DNA of 64,000 bases from Nemertoderma westbladi (taxonomy: Eukaryota > Animalia > Xenacoelomorpha): the NCBI GenBank assembly GCA_032718475.1, contig JAUCBJ010001864.1, forward strand, positions 77,427-141,426, read 5' to 3'. The notes under the pieces were generated by a model that ran no database searches, was not told the DNA's origin, and saw nothing but the letters and a program-made list of their open reading frames with translations. Below, piece by piece: positions 1 through 11,511 of the stretch. A program made the position numbers and the translations under genes. How positions within the stretch are numbered: the stretch's first letter is position 1; each line of letters starts with the position of its first letter.

Positions 1-3000
1 GTGACATAATCGTGGCGATATAGGCGGGGATTGGGTTCGACTTTATGTGACATAATCGTGTCGATATAGGCGGGGATTGGGTTCGACTTTATGTAACATA
101 ATCAATCGTGACGATATAGGCGAGGGGGGATTGGGTTCGACTTTATGTGACATAATCGTGGCGATATAGGCGGGGATTGGGTTCGTCTTTATGTGACATA
201 ATCGTGTCGATATAGGCGGGGATTGGGTTCGACTTTATGCGACACAATCGTGGCGATATAGGCGGGGATTGGGTTCGACTTTATGTGACATAATCGTGTC
301 GATATAGGCGGGGATTGGGTTCGTCTTTATGTGACATAATCGTGGCGATATAGGCGGGGATTTGGTTCGACTTTATGTGACATAATCGTGGCGATATAGG
401 CGGGGATTGGGTTCGACTTTATGCGACACAATCGTGGCGATATAGGCGGGGATTGGGTTCGACTTTATGTGACATAATCGTGGCGATATAGGCGGGGATT
501 GGGTTCGTCTTTATGTGACATAATCGTGACGATATAGGCGGGGATTGGGTTCGACTTTATGTGACATAATCGTGGCGATATAGGCGGGGATTGGGTTCGA
601 CTTTATGTGACATAATCGTGTCGATATAGGCGGGGATTGGGTTCGTCTTTATGTGACATAATCGTGTCGATATAGGTGGGGATTGGGTTCGACTTTAGGC
701 GACATAATCGTGGCAATATAGGCGGGGATTGGGTTCGACTTTATGTGACATAATCGTAGCGATATAGGCGGGGATTGTGTTCGACTTTATGTGACATAAT
801 CGTGTCGATATAGGCGGGGATTGGGTTCGTCTTTATGTGACATAATCGTGGCGATATAGGCGGGGATTGGGTTCGACTTTATGTGACACAATCGTGGCGA
901 TATAGGCGGGGATTGGGTTCGACTTTATGTGACATAATCGTGTCGATATAGGCGGGGATTTGGTTCGACTTTATGTGACATAATCGTGACGATATAGGCG
1001 GGGATTGGGTTCGACTTTATGTGACATAATCGTGACGATATAGGCGGGGATTGGGTTCGTCTTTATGTGACATAATCGTGTCGATATAGGTGGGGATTGG
1101 GTTCGACTTTAGGCGACATAATCGTGGCAATATAGGCGGGGATTGGGTTCGACTTTATGTGACATAATCGTAGCGATATAGGCGGGGATTGTGTTCGACT
1201 TTATGTGACATAATCGTGTCGATATAGGCGGGGATTGGGTTCGTCTTTATGTGACATAATCGTGGCGATATAGGCGGGGATTGGGTTCGACTTTATGTGA
1301 CATAATCGTGTCGATATAGGCGGGGATTGGGTTCGTCTTTATGTGACATAATCGTGTCGATATAGGTGGGGATTGGGTTCGACTTTAGGCGACATAATCG
1401 TGGCAATATAGGCGGGGATTGGGTTCGACTTTATGTGACATAATCGTAGCGATATAGGCGGGGATTTGGTTCGACATTATGTGACATAATCGTGGCGATA
1501 TAGGCGGGGATTGGGTTCGACTTTATGTGACATAATCGTGACGATATAGGCGGGATTGGGTTCGACTTTATGTGACATAATCGTAGCGATATAGGCGGGG
1601 ATTGGGTTCGACATTATGTGACATAATCGTGGCGATATAGGCGGGGATTGGGTTCGACTTTAGGCGACATAATCGTGGCAATATAGGCGGGGATTGGGTT
1701 CGACTTTATGTGACATAATCGTAGCGATATAGGCGGGGATTTGGTTCGACATTATGTGACATAATCGTGGCGATATAGGCGGGGATTGGGTTCGACTTTA
1801 GGCGACATAATCGTGGCAATATAGGCGGGGATTGGGTTCGACTTTATGTGACATAATCGTAGCGATATAGGCGGGGATTGTGTTCGACTTTATGTGACAT
1901 AATCGTGTCGATATAGGCGGGGATTGGGTTCGTCTTTATGTGACATAATCGTGGCGATATAGGCGGGGATTGGGTTCGACTTTATGCGACACAATCGTGG
2001 CGATATAGGCGGGGATTGGGTTCGACTTTATGTGACATAATCGTGTCGATATAGGCGGGGATTTGGTTCGACTTTATGTGACATAATCGTGGCAATATAG
2101 GCGGGGATTGGGTTCGACTTTATGTGACATAATCGTAGCGATATAGGCGGGGATTTGGTTCGACATTATGTGACATAATCGTGGCGATATAGGCGGGGAT
2201 TGGGTTCGTCTTTATGTGACATAATCGTGTCGATATAGGTGGGGATTGGGTTCGACTTTAGGCGACATAATCGTGGCAATATAGGCGGGGATTGGGTTCG
2301 ACTTTATGTGACATAATCGTAGCGATATAGGCGGGGATTGTGTTCGACTTTATGTGACATAATCGTGTCGATATAGGCGGGGATTGGGTTCGTCTTTATG
2401 TGACATAATCGTGGCGATATAGGCGGGGATTGGGTTCGACTTTATGTGACATAATCGTGTCGATATAGGCGGGGATTGGGTTCGTCTTTATGTGACATAA
2501 TCGTGTCGATATAGGTGGGGATTGGGTTCGACTTTATGTGACATAATCGTGGCGATATAGGCGGGATTGGGTTCGTCTTTATGTGACATAATCGTGTCGA
2601 TATAGGTGGGGATTGGGTTCGACTTTATGCGACATAATCGTGGCAATATAGGCGGGGATTGGGTTCGACTTTATGTGACATAATCGTGTCGATATAGGCG
2701 GGGATTGGGTTCGTCTTTATGTGACATAATCGTGTCGATATAGGTGGGGATTGGGTTCGACTTTATGCGACATAATCGTGGCAATATAGGCGGGGATTGG
2801 GTTCGACTTTATGTGACATAATCGTAGCGATATAGGCGGGGATTTGGTTCGACATTATGTGACATAATCGTGGCGATATAGGCGGGGATTGGGTTCGACT
2901 TTATGTGACATAATCGTGACGATATAGGCGGGGATTGGGTTCGTCTTTATGTGACATAATCGTGGCGATATAGGCGGGGATTGGGTTCGACTTTATGTGA

Positions 3001-4230
3001 CATAATCGTGGCGATATAGGCGGGGATTTGGTTCGACTTTATGTGACATAATCGTGGCAATATAGGCGGGGATTGGGTTCGACTTTATGTGACATAATCG
3101 TAGCGATATAGGCGGGGATTTGGTTCGACATTATGTGACATAATCGTGGCGATATAGGCGGGGATTGGGTTCGTCTTTATGTGACATAATCGTGTCGATA
3201 TAGGTGGGGATTGGGTTCGACTTTAGGCGACATAATCGTGGCAATATAGGCGGGGATTGGGTTCGACTTTATGTGACATAATCGTAGCGATATAGGCGGG
3301 GATTGTGTTCGACTTTATGTGACATAATCGTGTCGATATAGGCGGGGATTGGGTTCGTCTTTATGTGACATAATCGTGGCGATATAGGCGGGGATTGGGT
3401 TCGACTTTATGTGACATAATCGTGTCGATATAGGCGGGGATTGGGTTCGTCTTTATGTGACATAATCGTGTCGATATAGGTGGGGATTGGGTTCGACTTT
3501 AGGCGACATAATCGTGGCAATATAGGCGGGGATTGGGTTCGACTTTATGTGACATAATCGTAGCGATATAGGCGGGGATTTGGTTCGACATTATGTGACA
3601 TAATCGTGGCGATATAGGCGGGGATTGGGTTCGACTTTATGTGACATAATCGTGACGATATAGGCGGGGATTGGGTTCGTCTCTATGTGACATAATCGTG
3701 GCGATATAGGCGGGGATTGGGTTCGACTTTATGTGACATAATCGTGGCGATATAGGCGGGGATTTGGTTCGACTTTATGTGACATAATCGTGGCGATATA
3801 GGCGGGGATTTGGTTCGACATTATGTGACATAATCGTGGCGATATAGGCGGGGATTGGGTTCGACTTTATGTGACATAATCGTGACGATATAGGCGGGAT
3901 TGGGTTCGACTTTAGGCGACATAATCGTGGCAATATAGGCGGGGATTGGGTTCGACTTTATGTGACATAATCGTAGCGATATAGGCGGGGATTGTGTTCG
4001 ACTTTATGTGACATAATCGTGTCGATATAGGCGGGGATTGGGTTCGTCTTTATGTGACATAATCGTGGCGATATAGGCGGGGATTGGGTTCGACTTTATG
4101 TGACATAATCGTGGCGATATAGGCGGGGATTTGGTTCGACTTTATGTGACATAATCGTGGCGATATAGGCGGGGATTGGTTCGACTTTATGCGACATAAT
4201 CGTGACGATATAGGCGGGGATTGGGTTCGA
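1..4230. repeat. 46-bp tandem satellite (about 90 copies, continues beyond window start), probably intronic in the ENOX-like gene
   Basis: Unit GTGACATAATCGTGGCGATATAGGCGGGGATTGGGTTCGACTTTAT repeats head-to-tail with few variants. It ends about 80 bp before the splice acceptor at 4313. Confidence 0.98.
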
Positions 4231-4313
4231 ACTCGATTGGGTATGAACTATAACCATAGTGGCACATATCCCACATTGACACTGACTCATAGAAACATTT
4301 ACTTTTCCTACAG

Positions 4314-4650
4314 ACCATGGATGACAAGGGACTACAGGTTGCTTCCTTGCAGCAGACTTTACGAGGTTTACAAAAAAAGTTGTTAGAAACTCAGAAAGAA
4401 AAAGAAAAGTTGTCCATCGCGCTGAAGAAAAAGGCGTCGAAAGTAGATGGAGAAGAAGATACAACCGAGTCCGCGGAAGAGGAACCGTCTGTACTTAAGT
4501 TGGACCAATCGCAGGCCTTATTGGTCGGAGTCATAGCAACCTTCCTTAACGTCCATCCAATGGGCGCCTCGGTGGACTACATCTGGAGTTACTTGAAACA
4601 ATTACGGCTGGATTCACGGCTGGCGCTGAGTGCTTTGGAGGAGTTGTTAG
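4314..4650 (+). CDS. ENOX: ENOX1/ENOX2-like (ecto-NOX disulfide-thiol exchanger) penultimate coding exon
   Basis: Acceptor ttttcctacag ends at 4313. A coiled coil is followed by ALLVGVIATFLNVHPMGASVDYIWSYL, matching the ENOX C-terminal motif (human LVGIISTFLHVHPFGA). Donor GTTTGT at 4651 (phase 1). Confidence 0.88.
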
Positions 4651-5061
4651 GTTTGTGGACTTCCTACTAATCAGTACAAAAATAATTATTAATATAGTTT
4701 TACTGTTTTATTATAATTATATTTTTTTAATAAGAATAATATAACGCAGGTTTCGTGTCATAATATATTGATATTAATATATTTTATTAATATATTGATT
4801 TATTAATTAGACAACCCCATAGCCAAAACCCAGCGCCACCTTGCAGTTATGACATTTGAGTAATTACCGTCTTCTGATGTCAAGCTACTGATCAGCCGGG
4901 ATTGCATTTACACCGCGATCCCGATTGTTCAGGATCGGGATCCGGTTTAAACACTAGCTCTACCATTAATAGTTCGCCATGAGGCTTCTTGTATTCTATG
5001 TTTTTGAAAGGTTTTTCATAGGTCGTTTTTTAATATTTTAATTTCCATTTTATTATTCCAG

Positions 5062-5162
5062 CGAATCTACCAGATGTTTTCACATTACATACCAGCGGCG
5101 TCGGCGCGAGTATTGAAAAACGCTGGAAATTCTGCGGCTACAGCACGTTGGACGATAACTAA
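5062..5162 (+). CDS. ENOX: ENOX-like last coding exon
   Basis: Acceptor ttattattccag ends at 5061. The phase-compatible translation (A)NLPDVFTLHTSGVGASIEKRWKFCGYSTLDDN* matches the ENOX terminal GVGAxxEKRWK motif. Confidence 0.88.
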
Positions 5163-6021
5163 ATGGAAACCTTCCCTTATTGGCTGAGTTTCATGTCTAT
5201 ATTAAACTGTTACCATAGTTACAACAGGTAAGTAATTGTGGCGAACTGAACGGGAGCAAGAGATACTGTGAAAGTCGATAAGGGTAACTGAGGGAGGATA
5301 GCCGTGAGTCGTCGTAACTGTAACTCGTAAACTACAACGGCAAACTAATATTACCTGGTCTGCTGTCACCTCTATTTATAACTCAGACACCAAAAAGCCT
5401 CTCATAAGTCTTCAAAGTTAGTATTGTTAAAATTTATTTCAGATTTTGAGGATGGTTGAACTGTAAATTATTGGATCTATAATTAGCGGTATATCGTAAG
5501 TTTTCTGGTTTGCGTCGCAGAAAACATTGAGGCTAAGTTACCAGGAGCGAGTGTTTTTATATCGCGTTTGATTTCTGTAAATTATGAAATTGCGTAAACC
5601 CACATTTAACCCAAAATGCCGATATGTTTTCTGTAAGTAAACTTGTTTTAGAGATAATAAAGAAGATATTGTGTTTTTGTGGTATCGCATAATTTGCGAT
5701 GATATATTTTAATTAATTGTTATGGTACCAAATGCTTTGCATTTTAGGTTTTCTGTGAATTCGAATTTGTTATGTATAAATGCTTGATTGGTGTTTCGAC
5801 TATTTTTAATGTTGAATTATATTTCTGTTCTACAATCAATAAGTTTTTGGCAACGTGCGGCTGTCACAATGAATCAGTTGTGTTTATTGAAAGGGATCAG
5901 ACTTTTACGGGATTTCTACTCTTTTTAGGATCGGTATTGAAATGTTGATTACTTGATGGTTTACTGACAATTTGTTTGGATATAATAATCAATACATATC
6001 TGTTCTGGCACAACCTATTTA

Positions 6022-6596
6022 TGTGACGGGATCACAGGATCCCGACCGGTTTGTAGTTTATGTACGCGTCCCCGCCGTGTAAGTGAAAAGGGTTCCTTTG
6101 TTGTTCCGATTAATATTGATGGGTATAAAAATGTAGTATACAATGGACAGATAGATAGCACAATTGAAGTACAGAATAATTCACTGTAAATCTAATGGTG
6201 ACCCCGGTGACGGTTACAAAGTGTTACCGTCCTGCCCTAACTGACTGAGCAACTGAGTAAACTAACCAAATAAATGAAACACCAACCGGTAATATACACT
6301 ATGTTGGCCTTATTACTTAGCTGATGCCTTCCTATTGGTTGATAACCCAATTATCGGCTCCCACCTCTGTGGGAGTGTTTCCCCCCCCCCCCCCCCCCCC
6401 CCCGCTACTGTCACTTTCCTTCTCCCGGAGGTGTAACCTCTGACCCCCATTGTGTACGGCCCTTTGGGGTTTGTCGTCCCCGTTTATTGGGGGTGATACG
6501 AGGTTGATTGGTAATCAACCTCGTGTTGTCCAATATTGCTTAAAGGCACCGTTTCCCAACTTTATGGGGTGGTTAGCGGAATTGAATCCGCTAACA
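6022..6596 (-). mobile_element. Solo LTR related to the LTR at 52179-52854 (BEL/Pao)
   Basis: TG...CA ends with 5-bp TSD ATTTA (6017-6021 and 6597-6601). Colinear similarity to 52179-52854 at both termini (TGTGAcGGGATCA..GATCCCGAC; GAATTGAATCCGCTaACA) and internally. Confidence 0.9.
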
Positions 6597-7743
6597 ATTT
6601 ATCTGATATTCAAGTAATTTACTCCACTATTTGTACTACGGGATCCCGTTCCAAAAACGTCGGGGCCGGGATTATATTTTAAGCCGGCATCCATACTTGA
6701 TTTAAGTTGAAGATAAAATCATTCAAGTCGAAAATCAATCCTTTTTTGGAAGGTTGGTTCCTATTTTTAAGTAGCGATGTAGGTAGGGGGAATTATTGGG
6801 AAGGGCCATATTGTCTAACATTGATTAAGAGTATTTATTTGGATTAGAGATGTTGGGCACGGATTAAATTCTGTTTTTTTTTTAATCAATAATAGATTTT
6901 AATATATATTGGAAAAATAATACCCTAAAATGTATTGTAGCAATGGGGTGAAATGATTGATTGATTGATTACGATTTTGATTTTTTGCATGTTTATGCGA
7001 GGGTATGTTCAAGTTGGGTGCGTTTTTTCGTACACTAACTCGCCGTTTAAATTGCTTTTATTTGAAAGAAATTCAGTAATTAATATTCTGTCATGGAACT
7101 TTATAGTAATATTATTCCTTAAAGATTATAATATAGTTAGGCGTCTATAGTATTAGTATTAATATTGAATTCGGCGCTGTATACGTTAAACACTGAAAGT
7201 ATTACGAGCAAAAAAAGGTAAGTTGGTTTTAGTTACTAGAACACATTCACTCCGCATTTCAGTTTGTAAACATAGAACAGATTTACATAATGGTCATTAA
7301 CAGGAAACGGACGCCTCTATTAGCAGCAGTAAGCTACTGCGCTCTGTTCACCAGCAACCAACTGAGCATCAACAAGGTAGGATAAATAATAGTCAAAAAT
7401 GTATATATACGTGCCCGTGTCCGTCAGCGAAAGGGATCAATATGTCTAAAATATGGTTTTTCACTCCAGACACCTTATTTTCTCAAATGAGTATAATAGT
7501 TCACCAACCTGGAAAACCACCAGCTATCAAAGTGTATGAGGGTTTGAGCTTTTAGACTGACAGCACGACAAACATGCAATCGTACAGTGTGTGGTACAGA
7601 CATTGTAGGAAGATGCCGTCAAACTCTAAAAATTGACATCGAAAATTAATTCACCGACCTCCGATATTCCAGTATATTTGGGGAAATGAGATTATCTGAA
7701 ATTGATCCGATTCTATGAGTGGTCACGATTCGCGATAGTATTA

Positions 7744-9225
7744 CTACTACTACTACTACTAGGATCGGCATGCTGCATTGCAGCTGCATTTTTAAGAATG
7801 CTGTGCCGGCTTGTCAACAAAATTGCACCGCCACAACTCCCTATCACCCATGACATTTGCTAGATCATCCGCATCTTTAAGGCCAGTGTCCTTTAAGATG
7901 CGTCTCAAGAAAGTCATGGGCTGTCCACCATGCTTATTCACTCCATGAGGCTGCCAAAGTACAAGATTATGCACTGGCTGGTCCTCACGGCGAAAGCAAT
8001 GTCCTGCAAAGCGGAGGCGATTTTGTTCTAGTGTCAAGCTTGGGGGAACCAATGAGACACCTCCAATGTTATATAGTGTCTGGTTGGAGATGTGTGCATT
8101 GTACTTGACACAATGTACCCGGCGTAGCATTCTTGTGAATGTGCCATCCAGAGATTTGGTGTCCTCAGCAGTTAGAGCCCAGCATGGACTCCCGTAGAGG
8201 AGTACTGGAACTACTGCTGCTCTGAATAATCGGACCTTAAGTTTTCGATTAATTCTAGGTGACTTCCAAATCCTGGAAAGCCTATTCAAGGCTGCCCATG
8301 CCTTTCCCTTACGTATTCGAAGGTCCTCACCTGACTTCCGGATCCATGATCCCAGGTAACAGAAGTCGTCCACATGCTCAAGCATACCATCCTTTGAGCT
8401 TATGCTCATCCGATCAGAGACTTGCTGAGGACTTTCAAAGTTAACTGTCAGAATTTTGGTCTTTCTGGAGTTAATAAAAAGACCAACACTAGAAGCAGCA
8501 TGTTCTAATGAGCTGAGGAGCCGCTGGGCTCCCTCTAATGATTCTGAGAGTACTCCTAAGTCATCAGCAAAGTCTAGATCAGTTAGGTACTTGGCAGGAT
8601 TTCCTCGACTTCTGGAGCCAGTAGGTGGAGTTATCATCACCCCATCATCATTATGATGATCTAAGGACATGCGTAGAACATAGTCAACCACAATAATGAA
8701 CAAGAATGGTGCAAGTGTGTCTCCTTGGAGGACGCCCCATAACACTTCAAATGGTTCTGTGTCACCATCAACAGTAGACACAAATGTTGTCGAACCATCG
8801 TATACTGATCTGATTGCTGCAATAATTTCATCAGGAATCCCATATAATGAAAGTATGCTGAACATACGTGAGCGAGAGACTGAATCAAAGGCCTTGAAGA
8901 AGTCAACAAAGATAACAGCCAGATGCCTGTCTTTCTTTTTTGATAACTCTTCAATTATCCTTCTAAGTGCCAAAATGGGCTCCATGGTCCCACGACCTTT
9001 ACGGAACCCATTCTGATTTCCACGTAGCAGTCTCTCAATGGGATCCCTGATGCGATTTAATAGAATTCTATTGTATAGTTTTGCAGCAATCGAGATCAAT
9101 GAGATTCCCCGAAAAGAACCATAGAGTGTTAGGTTGCCCTTCTTGGGAACTGGCACCAACTTATTTGTTTTCATTTCTTGTGGGACTCTTGTTGTACGGT
9201 ACATGTCTACTATGATGGGATAGAT
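7744..9225 (-). mobile_element. 5'-truncated RTE-like non-LTR retrotransposon
   Basis: RT ORF and (TAG)n-type 3' tail at 7744-7760. Probable TSD TAGTATTA (7736-7743 and 9226-9233). Confidence 0.88.
7792..9204 (-). CDS. Reverse transcriptase (RTE-like), N-terminally truncated
   Basis: Motifs PVPKKG, QNGFRKGR, FVDFxKAFDS, GVLQGDTLAP, DFADD, FCYLGS. Confidence 0.9.
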   Translation of the reverse strand: MYRTTRVPQEMKTNKLVPVPKKGNLTLYGSFRGISLISIAAKLYNRILLNRIRDPIERLLRGNQNGFRKGRGTMEPILALRRIIEELSKKKDRHLAVIFVDFFKAFDSVSRSRMFSILSLYGIPDEIIAAIRSVYDGSTTFVSTVDGDTEPFEVLWGVLQGDTLAPFLFIIVVDYVLRMSLDHHNDDGVMITPPTGSRSRGNPAKYLTDLDFADDLGVLSESLEGAQRLLSSLEHAASSVGLFINSRKTKILTVNFESPQQVSDRMSISSKDGMLEHVDDFCYLGSWIRKSGEDLRIRKGKAWAALNRLSRIWKSPRINRKLKVRLFRAAVVPVLLYGSPCWALTAEDTKSLDGTFTRMLRRVHCVKYNAHISNQTLYNIGGVSLVPPSLTLEQNRLRFAGHCFRREDQPVHNLVLWQPHGVNKHGGQPMTFLRRILKDTGLKDADDLANVMGDRELWRCNFVDKPAQHS

Positions 9226-10289
9226 TAGTATTAGTATGGGAGCTGAATCCGATTCTATGAGTGGTCACGATTCGCGATAGTATTAGTATGGGAGCTGAAT
9301 CCGATTCTATGAGTGGTCACGATTCGCGATAGTATTAGTATGGGAGCTGAATCCGATTCTATGAGTGGTCACGATTCGCGATAGTATTAGTATGGGAGCT
9401 GAATCCGATTCTATGAGTGGTCACGATTCGCGATAGTATTAGTATGGGAGCTGAATCCGATTCTATGAGTGGTCACGATTCGCGATAGTATTAGTATGGG
9501 AGCTGAATCCGATTCTATGAGTGGTCACGATTCGCGATAGTATTAGTATGGGAGCTGAATCCGATTCTATGAGTGGTCACGATTCGCGATAGTATTAGTA
9601 TGGGAGCTGAATCCGATTCTATGAGTGGTCACGATTCGCGATAGTATTAGTATGGGAGCTGAATCCGATTCTATGAGTGGTCACAATTCGCGATAGTATT
9701 AGTATGGGAGCTGAATCCGATTCTATGAGTGGTCACGATTCGCGATAGTATTAGTATGGGAGCTGAATCCGATTCTATGAGTGGTCACGATTCGCGATAG
9801 TATTAGTATGGGAGCTGAATCCGATTCTATGAGTGGTCACGATTCGCGATAGTATTAGTATGGGAGCTGAATCCGATTCTATGAGTGGTCACGATTCGCG
9901 ATAGTATTAGTATGGGAGCTGAATCCGATTCTATGAGTGGTCACGATTCGCGATAGTATTAGTATGGGAGCTGAATCCGATTCTATGAGTGGTCACGATT
10001 CGCGATAGTATTAGTATGGGAGCTGAATCCGATTCTATGAGTGGTCACGATTCGCGATAGTATTAGTATGGGAGCTGAATCCGATTCTATGAGTGGTCAC
10101 GATTCGCGATAGTATTAGTATGGGAGCTGAATCCGATTCTATGAGTGGTCACGATTCGCGATAGTATTAGTATGGGAGCTGAATCCGATTCTATGAGTGG
10201 TCACGATTCGCGATAGTATTAGTATGGGGAGCTGAATCCGATTCTATGAGTGGTCACGATTCGCGATAGTATTAGTATGGGAGCTGAAT
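9226..10289. repeat. 52-bp tandem array, 20 near-identical full copies (first unit split by the RTE insertion; its left part is at 7705-7743)
   Basis: Unit ATCCGATTCTATGAGTGGTCACGATTCGCGATAGTATTAGTATGGGAGCTGA. Only one substitution (near 9684) and one extra G (near 10229) were seen. Confidence 0.97.
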
Positions 10290-11250
10290 ATTTGGATTTA
10301 TTGTTTGTAATACGTTATAGTGATTATTATTCCTTACCTGTTATATAGAGCGTAAAGGACAGGTTAAAATGCCGTTTTGGCTTTTCTCCCGTACCCATGT
10401 GCTAAGACTGTACACAGTGTTATACTTACCCCACCCACATTCACACAAATATTAGTCAACTTTAAAAATGTAAGACTTATTTTTTCAGCCCCCCCACCCC
10501 AAATTTCTACCAAGCTGTCAATTAATATTGATAAATGAGGAAAATAAATAGAGATATTGATAAGTCATGTAGACATATAATATAGACAGTCTGTTGCCAC
10601 TCAATATTAGTTGATCATCTTCATGACTTAATTGTGAGTGGCCTATATAATATTATTTGCCAAATTTTGCGTGATTCTTTGCGTTTACTGGTTATTTCCT
10701 ACAATATTTCAGGGAAATATGACACTTCCACCACCGGATATTGGTTTGGAAAGCTGTTCAAACAATCTGTAAACCCCTGTGATCACACATCGGAAGATGC
10801 TGACGTCATCATAATGATCATGTAATAAAACCCCAGACCGAAGATCGAACGAAAGGAGACGTTCATATTAAAAAAACTAAACTTATGCGGACAATTATAT
10901 TCGTGGAATCTTTAATAATGTTATAATTAATTTGTAATAGTATTAAATACTTTATTTTCTTTATTTTTTTAATGTATACTATTACTATTAATTATTTAAT
11001 AATATGAATTATAAATTATTTATTGCGTGTTAAATAATATAGAACATTATTTTCACGGTACTCGTGACATTTTATTTACCGAGCGAAATGGAATAGTTGG
11101 GAAGTTGTGACTTCTAATTTATAAGGGGGGAAAGATGCAAGAGAAGATGAGATAGGCAAAGCCACAGTTTAATTTTCTCCCTCGAAACATCGCGCGCATT
11201 ATCAATAATACCCATTATTTTATTAAGTAATTAAACAGGACTAAGGAATA

Positions 11251-11511
11251 AGGATGATCCAACTCTATAGCAAATGGAGCGGAAAAAATTAATTCGCCAC
11301 CAGCGGCGAATAATCCATCCGTAAGGGGGACTGTATTCAATAGCAACCGTAAGGTAGCTTACCACCTATAGCAAATCAATCGGAAAGGTGCAGGAGCCTC
11401 CGTGGTGTAGTGGTTGGCATACCTCAACGTTTATCGGGAGACGCGGGTTCGATCCGAGCTGGTGGTGAATTCATTTTTTCCGCTCCATTTGCTATAGAGT
11501 TGGATCATCCT
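11251..11511. mobile_element. MITE-like element with about 54-bp TIRs, TA flanks and an internal tRNA-derived segment
   Basis: AGGATGATCCAACTCTATAGCAAATGGAGCGGAAAAAA... at 11251 and its reverse complement ending at 11511, with TA on both sides. A box TGGTGTAGTGG (11403) and B box GGTTCGATCC (11446). Confidence 0.85.

Noticed and set aside
1-4230. 46-bp unit as tRNA-derived (GGTTCGAC resembles a B box)
   Set aside because: No convincing A box, spacing or cloverleaf.
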